A model generated the notes under the pieces. That model made no database searches, had not been told where the DNA came from, and saw nothing but the letters and a program-made list of their open reading frames with translations. Below, one piece after another: positions 40,299 to 51,800 of a stretch of 64,000 nucleotides of DNA. This DNA is from an uncultured delta proteobacterium. GTDB lineage: Bacteria; Myxococcota_A; Polyangia; Fen-1088. Position 1 is the first letter of the stretch; the number at the start of each line of letters is the position of its first letter. Both the position numbers and the translations under genes were made by a program. The stretch lies in the NCBI GenBank assembly GCA_963767925.1, contig CAVYGB010000008.1:3104001-3168000 (forward strand). The letters run 5' to 3'.

Positions 40299-41621
40299 CT
40301 ACCGCTGACCGCCGAATAGCTCGGTGATGTAAAACGGCGAGCCGCTGCGCACATCCACCGCGACAACGCCCACGCCGACGTGGGTGAGGCGGGGGTTGAC
40401 CACGTTCGCTCGGTGGCCCGGGCTGCCCATGAAACCCTTGTGGGCCTGCCGGAACCCGCCCTCCTGCCCGACATTTTCGCTCACCAGGCTGAAGCCCAGG
40501 CCGGCGGCCCGCACCCGCGCCTCGGCGTCGCCGGTGATGGGCGAGACGTGGGCCACGTAGCGGCGGGTGGCCATCTCGCGGCTGTGGGAGCGGGCGATGG
40601 CGGCCAGCCGGTTGTCCCAGATCAGCGGGGCCAGCCCGGCGGCCCGCCGATCGTGGTTCATGAGGGCGAACAGCTCCTGCTCCCCCTCGGCCGGATCGAT
40701 GTCCTCGCTCACGTCCTCGTCCTGGATCAGGACCTCGCGGGCGGCCTTCACCCCGCAGTGGACCGGGAAGTTGGCCAGGACCAGGGGGCCGCCCGCGTCG
40801 GAGGCGAGCATCTCGATCTGGTAGCGGCCGTCCCCGAAGTTGCAGCGCAGGTCGGCCTCGAAGCCGCCGCCCGCGTCGATGGTCAAGGGCAGCCGGCGCA
40901 CCTCGCCGCTCGGCATGGTGACCACCACCTGGGGATCGCGGTAGGCGCGCAGGAGCCGCCCGCGCAGGGGCACCCGGGCGCCCGAGGCGAGCTCGCGCCC
41001 GAGCGGCCGCAGCTCGATCATCTGGTGCCACATCGCCACCACGCTGATCATGTCGCTGTCCGAGCGCGACACCCCGACCCCCAGGCGGTTCCAGGGGGCC
41101 CGGCCGAGCATCCCCGGCACCGAACGCTGGTAGCGGGCCAGCGTGGCGTCCTCCTCGGGCGGCCCCCGCAACGTGTACAGGACCGGGTCGGCCTCGATGA
41201 TCCCGTAGTGGTAGCTGAGAAAGCGCACCACCTCCGAGGGGACGGCGCGCGAGACCCGGGCCAGGCGGGCCACGTCGGCGGCCAGCCGGGACAGCCGCTC
41301 GTCGGGCAGCGGGACGGTGGCCCCCATGCGGCGAGCCGTCGCCGCGACGAGGTCGACGAGCGCGCCCTCGAAGGTGCGCGCCGCGCCCCGGGCCGCCGCC
41401 CGCAGGGGCGGCGCCAGGTAGGCGGCGCTGGCGGGCGCCCCCGGCGTGAAGACCGTCGGGGGCCGGAGGGCGGGACGGGGGGGTCGCTCGGGCGCGTAGA
41501 TGCCGCCCGGGTCGCCCTCGTGGGTAGCGGCCGCACCCGGGCCCGGCTGGCTGGCGCAGGCGGAGGTCAGCGCGGCCGCCAGCAGGCCGATCCGACCGGG
41601 GGCCCCCGGCGCCCGTGGCAT
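40299..41621 (-). CDS. CAP/SCP-domain lipoprotein
   Basis: Lipobox-like SAC; N.DR...GL..L, AR.HS..M, ENV and SPGHRANVV....THVGVG. Confidence 0.85.
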   Translation of the reverse strand: MPRAPGAPGRIGLLAAALTSACASQPGPGAAATHEGDPGGIYAPERPPRPALRPPTVFTPGAPASAAYLAPPLRAAARGAARTFEGALVDLVAATARRMGATVPLPDERLSRLAADVARLARVSRAVPSEVVRFLSYHYGIIEADPVLYTLRGPPEEDATLARYQRSVPGMLGRAPWNRLGVGVSRSDSDMISVVAMWHQMIELRPLGRELASGARVPLRGRLLRAYRDPQVVVTMPSGEVRRLPLTIDAGGGFEADLRCNFGDGRYQIEMLASDAGGPLVLANFPVHCGVKAAREVLIQDEDVSEDIDPAEGEQELFALMNHDRRAAGLAPLIWDNRLAAIARSHSREMATRRYVAHVSPITGDAEARVRAAGLGFSLVSENVGQEGGFRQAHKGFMGSPGHRANVVNPRLTHVGVGVVAVDVRSGSPFYITELFGGQR

Positions 41622-41642
41622 CTGGCTACGGGCCCGTGGGAG

Positions 41643-43124
41643 TTAGCGGTCGTTTTCCCGGGCGACCTTGCGCTTGCGAAGGACCGCCTTCTTCTTGAGG
41701 TCGGCGGCCGGATTCTCCCCGGGGATGGCGCCGGCCATGCCGTCGGAGATGGCGGCCCGCATGGCGCCGTGGGGATCGGCCTTGCCGGGGGCGGCGGTCG
41801 AGGTGGCCGGGACCTGGCCCTTCTCGTCGGCGAAGACGATCTCGCCGAACTTGTCGAGGGCGTGGAAGTCTCCCACCAGCGGCGGCGACCAGGCGGAGGC
41901 CTGCTGCGGCTTGCCCTCGGGCGAGTCCATCCGGAACATGTTGATGCGCCAGGTGTCTCCCACCTTCGGCGGAACCTTGACCCCGCCCTGGGCCAGGCCG
42001 TTGACGTCGGCGTGGGGGATGGCGATCTCGGCCAGCCAGCCCTTGTCCTGGTCGTCGCGCTTGTTGAGCGTGCCGAGCACCCGGACCGAAACCTTGGCCT
42101 TGGAGTTCCAGTCGTAGGGCTTGCGCTTGGGGTCGAGGTCGTTCTCGTATTTGCGCCACTCGGGCAAATAGGTGTCGAACAGGTTGCCGTTGGGGGCGAC
42201 CTGGAACTCGACGTAGGTCTTGCCGTTCTTGTCGGCGTCGATCATCACCTCGACGACTTCCTGGGTCCACAGCTTGTCGTCGCGCTTGGACAGGGTCGAC
42301 CAGACGTCGGTGTCGGCGTTCTCGAAGGCGAAGTAGAGGTTGTCGTTGTCCCAGAGGAGCTTGGCCTCGGTCTTGTGCTCGGCCGGGGCACCGGTCAGCG
42401 TGTTGACGAACAGGCCCGTGCTGGGCGCGTCCTTCCAGGCCGCGTCGTCGATCTTCCCGTCGACCTTGACCGCCTTGCCGACCTTGCGGACCAGGTAGCG
42501 CTTGGCGCTGGCCACCGGAGCGGCCTTGTTGACCACCGGCACCGACGCCGCCAGCAGGCGGCCGGTGCTGTCCTTGGCCCCGGTCTTGATGTTCATGCGC
42601 TCGGCCCCGCGCCACAGGCCCGTGTAGACCTGCATCTGATCGTGCGGCCAGGTGACCGGGAGGCGGTTGGTGTGCTCGTCGCGGATGATCTCGCCGGCCT
42701 TCCACTGAGCGACGGGGTACTTGCCGCGCACCGGGTGGTGGTCCCAGTTGATGAAGCCCTGGTTGTTGGGCCCATTGATGTGCACGAACATGCGCCAGCC
42801 CGGCCCGGGCGGCGAGACGACCTTCCAGTAGTGGGTCAGCTTGACGTCTTTGCCCGGCTCGACCGGGTTCATCGAGACGTCCATGCCGAGGTAGATCACC
42901 TTGCCGTCGAGGTCACCGTTCACGGGGAACTGGGGTGTCGGGGCGGTGGTGAGGAGGTTCTTCTTGATGAAGTCCATGTCCTCGGCGGTCGGCTTCTCCT
43001 CGGCCTGCTCCACGCAGCCGAGGCCACCGGCCAGACCGAGCGCCAGGCTGAGGACCAGCGCGCGCCCGGCCGAATGTCGCAGCGCGCTGGCCGCGGAAAA
43101 CCGAAGTGAAACGGGTGAAATCAT
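41643..43124 (-). CDS. Lipoprotein with CBM9/DOMON-like carbohydrate-binding domain
   Basis: LGC lipobox; VDGKIDDAAW, AKLLWD..NLY, EVVEVMID, W.AEIAIP and WRINMFR. Start uncertain. Confidence 0.8.
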   Translation of the reverse strand: MISPVSLRFSAASALRHSAGRALVLSLALGLAGGLGCVEQAEEKPTAEDMDFIKKNLLTTAPTPQFPVNGDLDGKVIYLGMDVSMNPVEPGKDVKLTHYWKVVSPPGPGWRMFVHINGPNNQGFINWDHHPVRGKYPVAQWKAGEIIRDEHTNRLPVTWPHDQMQVYTGLWRGAERMNIKTGAKDSTGRLLAASVPVVNKAAPVASAKRYLVRKVGKAVKVDGKIDDAAWKDAPSTGLFVNTLTGAPAEHKTEAKLLWDNDNLYFAFENADTDVWSTLSKRDDKLWTQEVVEVMIDADKNGKTYVEFQVAPNGNLFDTYLPEWRKYENDLDPKRKPYDWNSKAKVSVRVLGTLNKRDDQDKGWLAEIAIPHADVNGLAQGGVKVPPKVGDTWRINMFRMDSPEGKPQQASAWSPPLVGDFHALDKFGEIVFADEKGQVPATSTAAPGKADPHGAMRAAISDGMAGAIPGENPAADLKKKAVLRKRKVARENDR

Positions 43125-43247
43125 GGACGACTCTCCTTACCCAGCGCGGCCAGTGGCGCCAGCCGATTGAACGGGGCCTCTTTTACCCGAGACCCCCTGC
43201 CTTGGCAACGTCGGGTCAGACGAGAGACGCCCCCGCCGCGCGGGCGA

Positions 43248-43583
43248 TCACCGCCGGGGACGGGCCGGAGCGCGGGTGGAGAAACGATCCCGCTGGCGGC
43301 GCGAGCCACCGGGCGTTCCCGCCCGCGGACCGGCCGGACCGCGCAGCTCGGTGGTCATCGTCAGGCGTGGCTGCTCGGCGATCTCGACGATCAGGACCGC
43401 CCGCCCGGACGGCAAGACGCCGTCCTCGAGCTCGGCGCTGACCGCGTCCAGCGCGCACTCGAGCGAGGCGCAGACCGCCCAGAGGGCCCCCCCGGCCACC
43501 ACCGCGAACTGCCCCCGACAGTGGGAGCACAGCTCGCGTTTGTGACGTTCGAATACCCGCATCCCGCGCGACACCCCCCGCAT
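43248..43583 (-). CDS. Possible small hypothetical protein
   Basis: ATG with a G-rich RBS-like run in an otherwise empty gap; no recognisable family. Confidence 0.3.
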   Translation of the reverse strand: MRGVSRGMRVFERHKRELCSHCRGQFAVVAGGALWAVCASLECALDAVSAELEDGVLPSGRAVLIVEIAEQPRLTMTTELRGPAGPRAGTPGGSRRQRDRFSTRAPARPRR

Positions 43584-43803
43584 GAGCCCCCCCTGGTGAT
43601 TGTGGGACCCCGATCGGCCCGCGTCCAAAACCCAGATGCGGCGCTCGGATAGGTCCTGGCTGGGCCCGGTTGCAACCGGCGCGTGAAAGGAAGCGACTTT
43701 CGTCACCTGGGCGCGCAGCGTAGCAAGGGGAAACCGCAGCGGTCTCCGGCTTTTGCGGGGGACCCAACGCTTTGGCAAGAGCCGTTGTAGAGTCAAGGTC
43801 GGA

Positions 43804-44994
43804 ATGGATGGCGAGGAGTCGCACCCCCGGTCTGAAGGGGAAGACAGAACGCAGCCTGCTGCGGGGCCACTCCTTTCCGGAAGCACGAGCGCGTTGCAGC
43901 GGACGGTAGCGGCGTTGCGGGCGCGGCTGGGCCAGCGGGGGTTCGCCGCCCTGCTGGCGGTGCTGGCCGCAGCGGCGGTCCTTGTCGCCTGGCTGGTGCC
44001 CCGCGAGGGGGGACCGGCCACGGCCCTGCGCCGCTGGGTCGGCCTCGAATCGGCCTGCGGCAACGGCCGGGTCGACGGCAAGGAGGAGTGCGACGACGGC
44101 AACGATCGCGCCGACGACGCCTGTCTGCCGGGCTGCCGGATGGCTCGCTGCGGAGACGGGGTCCAGCGGCGCGACGTCGAGGAGTGCGACGATGGCAACC
44201 GCCTGGAGGGGGATGGCTGCTCGAGCGCCTGCCTCTCCTGTCCGCGGGGCGGCAACGGCTTCTCCTCGTCGGCCAACGGGCACTGCTACTGGCGCGAGGA
44301 CGAGCCGCTCTCGTTCGACGACGCCGCCTCCCGCTGCGTGCGGGGCGACGGCCACCTGGTGACCTTCGCCGACGACCGGGAGTGGCGCGAGGTGACCGAG
44401 CAGCTCCTCTCGGGGGGCAACGCGCCGCCCGTGTGGATCGGCCTGCGCAAGGAGGACCAGAACGGCGTGCGGGACTTCGGCTGGGTCGACGGGGCCCGCG
44501 TCCTGGCGGTGCACTGGTCGATCCAGGAGCCGCGCCGCACACCGGGGGGCCTCGACTGCGGGGTGCAGGGGTCGGGGGGCAACTGGGCCGTCTCGACCTG
44601 CACCGAGCAGCGCGGATACGTCTGCGAGCGGCCGGCCTGGGTGGTCGAGCCGCGCACCGGCAGCGCCTACCGGCGTTTCGTCGAGCGGGTCACCTGGGAG
44701 CGGGCCCGGGCCCACTGCGCCGATCGTGGGGGTCACCTGGTCACGTTCTCCGACCTGAGCGAGCAGGCCTTCGTGGCGGCCCGCTTTCAGGGGACGGTCT
44801 GGATCGGCGGGCAAATGACCGACGAGCGAGGCGGCTTCGGCTGGATGACCGGGGAGGCCCCCGCCCACGCCGACTTCGCCCCCGGCGAGCCCAACTACCT
44901 GGCCGAGCAGAAATGCGTCGCGCTGGACGTCGACCGTCGCTGGTACAACCGCCTCTGCAGCGACCGCCACAGCTTCGTCTGCGAGACGCCGTAA
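43804..44994 (+). CDS. Membrane-anchored protein with Myxococcus cysteine-rich repeats (DUF4215 type) and two C-type lectin domains
   Basis: CGNG..EECDDGN x2; then HCY..A...C...GHLV..WIG..W..C..W..C..CE twice, the second with EPN. Confidence 0.85.
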   Translation: MDGEESHPRSEGEDRTQPAAGPLLSGSTSALQRTVAALRARLGQRGFAALLAVLAAAAVLVAWLVPREGGPATALRRWVGLESACGNGRVDGKEECDDGNDRADDACLPGCRMARCGDGVQRRDVEECDDGNRLEGDGCSSACLSCPRGGNGFSSSANGHCYWREDEPLSFDDAASRCVRGDGHLVTFADDREWREVTEQLLSGGNAPPVWIGLRKEDQNGVRDFGWVDGARVLAVHWSIQEPRRTPGGLDCGVQGSGGNWAVSTCTEQRGYVCERPAWVVEPRTGSAYRRFVERVTWERARAHCADRGGHLVTFSDLSEQAFVAARFQGTVWIGGQMTDERGGFGWMTGEAPAHADFAPGEPNYLAEQKCVALDVDRRWYNRLCSDRHSFVCETP

Positions 44995-45227
44995 TCGGGA
45001 CCCTCAAAGAGTCCCGCCCCCCCCCTCGAAGCTGCGCGCCGAGCAAGCTCGGCGGCTCCGCAGTTTCATTCTACTCGGGACCTCCTCTGGCTCAAGGCGG
45101 GGCGGGGGGCTGCCGATGCGGGTAGGTTCCTGCTCGGCGCTTGCCCCGGAATCGGCGGGGGCGGCGCTGGCAGCGCTCCGGATCGTTCCCGATTCTGACG
45201 ACAGAGATCGCCAGAGGTTGGTGGTCG

Positions 45228-48200
45228 ATGAGATGGACGGCGTGGGGGGCGGGGATCGTGTTCTGGGTCGGGCTTGTCGCGGGCTGCGACGGAACCCCGC
45301 CCGAGCCGAGCGCCGAGCCCGGTGAGAGCCCGGGGCCCAGCGCGGCCCCCGGCGGCGCGGGGATGCAGACCGTCTGGCTGGTGCTGCGACAGCAGGCCGA
45401 CCTGGCGCCCGCCCGGGCCATGCGCGACTGGCGGGCCCGCGGCCAGCTCGTCTTCGAGCGGCTGACCCGCACCGCCTCGCAGGCCCAGGGCCCGCTGCGG
45501 GCGCTCCTGCGCAGCCGGGGGATCGCCCACCAGCCGCACTGGATCGTCAACGCCGTCCGGATCACGGCCGACCCCGACCTGGTCGGGGTGCTGCGGCAGC
45601 TCCCCGAGGTGGCCAGCGTCCACCCGGACCGGACCATGAGCCTGCCGCCCCGCCTGGACGGCAGCGAGGAGACCCGCTCCCGCTCGGCCCAGTGGGGCCT
45701 GGACAACATCGGCGCCCCCGCGGTCTGGGAGCAGTTCGGCTTCCGCGGCGAGAACGTCGTCGTGGCGAGCATCGACACCGGCGTCGACTTCGAGCACCCC
45801 GCCCTGCGCAGGCAGTACCGCGGGCGCCAGCTCGACGGCAACCTCGACCACAATTACAGCTGGTTCGATCCAGCCAGCGTGTGCGGCTCGCCCTCGCTCG
45901 CCCCCTGCGACAACGCCGGCCACGGCACCCACACCATGGGAATCATCGTCGGCGAGGCCGACGACGAGCTCGAGCCCAACCGGATCGGAGTGGCCCCCCG
46001 GGCGCGCTGGATCGCGGCCAAGGGGTGCGAGAGCGGGGACTGCAGCCTGTCGTCGCTCATGCGGGCGGGCGAGTGGATGCTGGCGCCCACCGATCTGGCC
46101 GGGGAGAACCCCCGCCCCGACCTGCGCCCGCACGTGGTGAACAACTCCTGGTCGGCCGGCGCGGGCGACGACATCTTCTTCCAGACCATCGTGAAGGCCT
46201 GGGTGGCGGCCGGGATCTTCCCCACCTTCGCCAGCGGCAACGACGGCCCCGGCTGCAACTCGGCCGACTCGCCCGCCGACTACTCCGAGAGCTACGCGGT
46301 GGGGGCCCACGACAGCGGCAACCAGATCGCCTCCTTCTCCAGCCGGGGCAACACCAACCTCGGCGGGGTCAAGCCAAACGTCAGCGCGCCCGGGGTCAAC
46401 ATCCGCAGCAGCATCCCCGGCGGGGGCTACGGGATCTCCAACGGCACCTCGATGGCCACCCCCCACGTCTCGGGCGCGGTGGCGCTGATCTGGTCGGCCG
46501 CCCCCGGGCTCCTGGGCGACGTGGCCGCCACCCGCGCCCTGCTCGACCAGACCGCGGTCGACACCGCCGACGTCACCTGCGGCGGCAGCCCCGAGAACAA
46601 CAACGTGTTCGGCGAGGGCCGGCTCGACGCCTTCGCCGCCGTCAGCCGGGCCCCCCGGCCGGCGAGCGGCACCCTGCAGGGGACCGTGCGGGTGAACGCG
46701 GGCGGCCAGACCGGCACCGTGGCCGGCGCCCGGATCCGGGCCCAGGGTCTGGCCGACCGGACCATCGTCGCCGAGGCGGGCGGCGGCTACGGGGTGGTGC
46801 TCCCGGCGGGCCGCTACCTGGTGACGGCCAGCGCGTTCGGCTACGTCTCCCAGACCGTCACCAACATCTTCGTCGGCGCCGAGGAGCGCACCGTCCTCGA
46901 GTTCGTGCTGGAGCCCGCCCCCACCCACGTCGTGCGGGGGGTCGTCCGCCAGACCGACGGCCGGGCCCTGTCCGGCGCCCGGGTGGCGCTCGACGGCACG
47001 CCCCTGCTGGCCGCCCTCACCGACGAGCACGGGGCCTACGCCATCCCGGCGGTGCCGCCCGGGTCGTACCGGGTGTCGGCCACCCGGGGGGGCTGCTTCA
47101 CCCAGACCAGCCGGGTGCTCGCGGTGGCGGGCGACGCCCAGGTCGACCTCGATTTGCCCCGGCGCTCGGACTACTACGGCTACTTCTGCGAGCCGCGGCG
47201 GGCCGGGTTCATCGACGCCCGCACCGTGCTGCCGCTGGCCGGCGACCAGGACTCGGTCACGGTCTCCCTGCCCTTCGGCTTCTCCTTCTATGGCCGGGTC
47301 TACCGGCAGGCGGAGGTGGCCCGGGCCGGCTACCTCAGCTTCGCCCCGGCGGCCGCCCGCGTGCAGGACACCCGGCCGGGCGTCGAACGCATCCCCGGCC
47401 ACGGGCCGCCCAACGGGGCCATCTACGCCTTCTGGGACGACCTCGTCGTCGGCCAGGGCAGCGTGCGCACCGACGTGGTGGGGACCTCGCCGCAACGGGC
47501 CTTCGTCGTCGAGTGGCGCGATGTCACCTTTCGTGACGCGACCAACCTGCGGGTGCGGTTCGAGATCGTCCTCCACGAGGACGGGCGCATCGTCACCCAG
47601 TACCTCGACGCCGGCCCGGACGCGCGGCAACGCGGCGCCTCGGCGACGGTGGGCCTGGAGGACCCCGAGGGCATCGACGGGCTGGAGTACTCCAGCCAGT
47701 CGCCCAGCCTGGAATCGGGCGCCGCCCTCCTCTTCGGCCTCCCCCCCTCGGGCGTGCTCGAGGGGCAGGTGATCGACGCCAACAACGGGCGCCCCCTCCA
47801 GGGCGTCTACCTGCTGGCCTGGAACGAGGCGACCGGCGTGCGCGCCACCTACACCGACGCGGACGGCCGTTACCGCCTGGAGATGCAGGTCGGGCTGCAG
47901 TCGGTGGGGATCTACGCCCCCAGCTACGACGAGGAGACCCGCGCGGTGCAGGTGGACGAGGGAGAGGCCCGGCGCCTGGACCTGTCGCTGCGCAGCGGGC
48001 GGGCGACAATCGCCCCCCGCTCGCTCGGGTTCTCCGACGGATACAGCCGCTTCACCGTGTTTTCCCTCGGCAACACCGGCTCACGTGACCTGAGCTTCGA
48101 GGTGTCGGCCGGGCCCGCCCAAGGCGGTGACGGTGACGGCGACGGCGGCGATCCCTCCCGGGAGATCGACTGGCTGACCGTGTCGCCCCCCTCGGGCACG

Positions 48201-48494
48201 GTGGCGGTCGGCGGGCAGCAGGCCATCGAAGTGATCCTCGATCGGACGGCCCTGCCGCCCGGGCGGCACCGGGCCAACCTGCTGATCTGGACCGACACGC
48301 CCGGGGGCCACTCCCTGGCGGTTCCGGTCGAGGTCGTCATCCTCCCCCGGCAGCCGCTGCAGGCGCGGCAGGTGCCGCCGGCCTCGCTGGACGACCTGCG
48401 GGCGCCCTCCTCCGCCCAGCAGAAGCGGGGCCTCGAGCCAGCTTTCCGCCCCCGATCCGAAGCGAGCCCCGTTACCAGCAGCGACGGGCCATAA
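45228..48494 (+). CDS. S8 subtilisin-like serine protease (lipoprotein-like) with carboxypeptidase-regulatory-like and Ig-like domains
   Basis: Triad motifs SIDTG, HGTHT and GTSMA; NNSW; oxyanion SGN. Confidence 0.92.
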   Translation: MRWTAWGAGIVFWVGLVAGCDGTPPEPSAEPGESPGPSAAPGGAGMQTVWLVLRQQADLAPARAMRDWRARGQLVFERLTRTASQAQGPLRALLRSRGIAHQPHWIVNAVRITADPDLVGVLRQLPEVASVHPDRTMSLPPRLDGSEETRSRSAQWGLDNIGAPAVWEQFGFRGENVVVASIDTGVDFEHPALRRQYRGRQLDGNLDHNYSWFDPASVCGSPSLAPCDNAGHGTHTMGIIVGEADDELEPNRIGVAPRARWIAAKGCESGDCSLSSLMRAGEWMLAPTDLAGENPRPDLRPHVVNNSWSAGAGDDIFFQTIVKAWVAAGIFPTFASGNDGPGCNSADSPADYSESYAVGAHDSGNQIASFSSRGNTNLGGVKPNVSAPGVNIRSSIPGGGYGISNGTSMATPHVSGAVALIWSAAPGLLGDVAATRALLDQTAVDTADVTCGGSPENNNVFGEGRLDAFAAVSRAPRPASGTLQGTVRVNAGGQTGTVAGARIRAQGLADRTIVAEAGGGYGVVLPAGRYLVTASAFGYVSQTVTNIFVGAEERTVLEFVLEPAPTHVVRGVVRQTDGRALSGARVALDGTPLLAALTDEHGAYAIPAVPPGSYRVSATRGGCFTQTSRVLAVAGDAQVDLDLPRRSDYYGYFCEPRRAGFIDARTVLPLAGDQDSVTVSLPFGFSFYGRVYRQAEVARAGYLSFAPAAARVQDTRPGVERIPGHGPPNGAIYAFWDDLVVGQGSVRTDVVGTSPQRAFVVEWRDVTFRDATNLRVRFEIVLHEDGRIVTQYLDAGPDARQRGASATVGLEDPEGIDGLEYSSQSPSLESGAALLFGLPPSGVLEGQVIDANNGRPLQGVYLLAWNEATGVRATYTDADGRYRLEMQVGLQSVGIYAPSYDEETRAVQVDEGEARRLDLSLRSGRATIAPRSLGFSDGYSRFTVFSLGNTGSRDLSFEVSAGPAQGGDGDGDGGDPSREIDWLTVSPPSGTVAVGGQQAIEVILDRTALPPGRHRANLLIWTDTPGGHSLAVPVEVVILPRQPLQARQVPPASLDDLRAPSSAQQKRGLEPAFRPRSEASPVTSSDGP

Positions 48495-48631
48495 GAGCCC
48501 CTGAGCCGCGCCCCGCCCCCTTCCACGCCGACGGGGGCGATTTGTTCCCGGGTTACGGGAAGTAATTCCGGGTACGCGGTTTCTCCCAGGTAACCGCCGC
48601 GATACGGGCGCTGTGGCCGGCGCGCTGCCGC

Positions 48632-48659
48632 TTGCTGCGAAACGCGCCCTGCCTATAAT
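48632..48659 (+). promoter_or_regulatory. Candidate sigma-70 promoter for the TonB-dependent receptor
   Basis: TTGCTG-N16-TATAAT (perfect -10 in GC-rich DNA). Confidence 0.5.
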
Positions 48660-48800
48660 GCGGACCGACTGGCTCGATCCGGGTTATTGGACGTGGATTC
48701 AATACCGGCGAGAAGGTCTCCGATCCGGGCGCGGGCCGGAGACTCTGCTCGCGAGCTGGCGTTTCCCCCTGGCCGTCCCTCGGGACGAGAAGGCAGTGTG

Positions 48801-51800
48801 ATGATGTTGGAACCACGGAACCCCGAAGGTCTGGCCGGCTCCAGGAGCCGGACCTTCTCTCACGCCATCCTCTGGACAGTTCTCGTCACCACCCTGGCGG
48901 TCGCCGCGCCGGCTGCCGCCCAGACGGGCTCCTCCGTCATCACGGGTGCGGTCACCGACGCCGTGACCCGCGCGCCCGTGCCCGAGGCCATCGTGACGGT
49001 CAGCTCCCCCTCGATGCAGGGCGAGCAGACCGTCCTCACCGACGGCTCGGGCTTTTACCGGGCGCCCAGCCTCCCCGGAGGCCTCTACACCGTGCGGGTC
49101 GATCGCGAAGGGTATGACTCCTACGAGCAGAGCCGGATCTCGGTGCGCGGCGACGTCACCTTCCGGATCAACGTCTTTCTCGTCCCCCGCAACGTCGAGG
49201 GCAAGACCGAGGAGATCGAGATCACCGAGCGGCCGCCCACCATCGACGTCGGTTCGAGCTCGGTGAAGACGACGTTCTCCGAGGAGATGATCCGCCGGGT
49301 GCCCATCGCCCGGCCCGACACCGCCCGCGGCGGCGGCGTCCGCTCCTACGAGGCGGTGGCGGCGGCCGCCCCCCAGGCCCGCGGGGATCTCTACGGCACC
49401 TCCATCAGCGGCACCACCTCGCCGGAGAACCTCTACCTCATCGACGGGCTGGCGGTGAACGACGCCGCCTACGGCATCGGCACCACGCCGCTGTCGAGCG
49501 AGTTCCTCAAGGAGGTCAGCGTGGCCACCGGCGGCTACCTGCCCGAGTTCGGGCGGGCCACCGGCGGCATCATCACCGCCACGGTGAAGTCCGGGTCGAA
49601 CGAGATCCGCGGCTCGGCCTGGACCAACGTCACCCCGGGCGTCTTCGAGGGCACGCCCAAGAGCGCCTTCGACGAGGGCAGCACGATCTTCGCCGGCCGG
49701 CCCGAGATCAACATCATCGGTGACTTCGGCACCGACGTCGGCCTGCCCATCATCCGCGATCGGCTCTGGCTCTACGTGGGCGTGCTCGGGTCGACCACCC
49801 GGCACAAGCTCCCCCGCTCCCTCTACGCGACCGAGGTCGACGGGGCGAACATGCCGGTGCGCGACGCCAACGGCAACACCGTGCGCACGTTGATCCCCGG
49901 CACCGAGCGGGAATACGACGCCGTCGCCCACTCGATGCAGGCGGTCGGCAAGCTGACCTTCTCCCCCAGCCGCAGCCACTCGCTGACCCTCACCAGCATC
50001 GTCACCCCCTGGCGCGCCGGGGGCGGCAACAACTTCGGCTACGACCCTCAGGACAACCGGCCGGACGGGTTCGCGGCGGCCATGGCCGGGTCACCGGACG
50101 GCCTGACCAACACCAGCCGCAACGACCAGGTGAGCAACATCGTCAAGTGGACGGCCACCACCCAGAACAAGCGGGTCACCTTCGAGAACACCTTCGGCTG
50201 GCACCACTCGACCGAGTCCATCCTGCCGATGGACGGGTCGTTGCCCGGCAGCGGCCAGGGCCTGGCGGCCGTCCCCGGCATCCGCTACCGGCGCAGCCCC
50301 TTTCACTCCATCGCCGACTTCGAGGACGTGCCCGCCGGCTACTGCGAGGAGCGGGGCGCGGCCAGCGCGGTCCGCTGCCCGGTCAGCAGCTACGCCACCG
50401 GATCCGGCCTCATCTACACCCGGGGCCAGGATCGCCTGCAGCTCCGCAGCATGATGACCGTCCTGGCGCAGGCGCTCGGCCACCACGTGATCAAGATCGG
50501 CATCGACGCCGAGCGGGTGGGCAACGACATGAACAAGGGCTACGCGGGCGGCAACCTCTTCCGGGAGAACCCGGCCGGAAGCGCCTTCTCCGACTACCGG
50601 AACTACGCCTACCTGATCGGCCCCGACGAGGTGCTATGGGCCGACACCATCCGGGCCCAGACCACGCTCTGGAACATCGGAGCCTTCGCCCAGAATAGCT
50701 GGTCGATCGCGGACAAGGTCACGGTCAACCTCGGTATCCGCTACGACTCGGAGTACCTGTTCAACAACGAGGGCGACCTGCGGATGTCCCTGCCCCATCA
50801 GATCGCCCCCCGGGTCGGTCTGATCTACGACCCCACCCAGGCTGGCCGCTCCAAGCTGTTCGCCAGCTTCGCCCGCTACTACCAGCACGTGCCCCTCGAC
50901 GTCGCCGATCGATCCCTGTCGGCCGAGCCGTCCTTCACCGGGCTGCACGACACCGCGGTCTGCGATCCCCGCGACCCGGCCAAGCTGGCCGCCTGCCGCG
51001 AGCGCCGGAGCTACCAGCACGTGGGCAGCGCCTCGGACCCCGATCAATATTTCATCGGCACCGGCGGGGGGACCACCCCGATCGATCCAAACCTCAAGAC
51101 CCCCACCGTCGACGAATTCGTCTTCGGCGCCGAATACCAGCTCCTGCCCGAGAGCCGGCTGTCGCTGACCTTCACCCGCCGGCGGCTCAAGAACATGATC
51201 GAGGACATGAGCGTCGACGAGGCCCAGACCTACTTCATCGGCAACCCGGGCCAGGGCATCGCCGCCAACTTCCCGGTGGCACGCCGGGACTACGACGCCA
51301 TGACCCTCCTGTTCTCGAAGGAGTTCCTGGACAACTGGCTGATGCTGGCGAGCTACACCCTGGCCCGCCTCGAGGGCAACATCGCCGGGTTGTACCGGCC
51401 GGAGACCGGGCAGCTCGATCCCAACATCAACTCGGACTTCGACCTCCTCAGCCTGCTGCCCAACCGCTCGGGGCCGCTCGGCAGCGACAACCGCCATCAG
51501 CTCCGGCTGACGGGGGCCTACGACTTCGCCCTCACCCAGCGGCAGCGCCTCAACTTCGGGGCCAGCCTGCGCGCCACCTCGGGCGGACCGACCAGCTACC
51601 TGGGCTCACACGGCCTGTACGGCCCGGGCGAGGTGTTCGTGTTGCCCCGTGGGTCGGGCCCCCGCCTGCCCTGGAACTACACCTCCGACGTGAACCTGCG
51701 CTACGGGTTCTCGCTGGCCAACGGCCACATGCTCGAGGGCTACGTCAACGTCTACAACCTGTTCAATCTCCAGGGCGCCATCGACACCGACGAGACCTAC

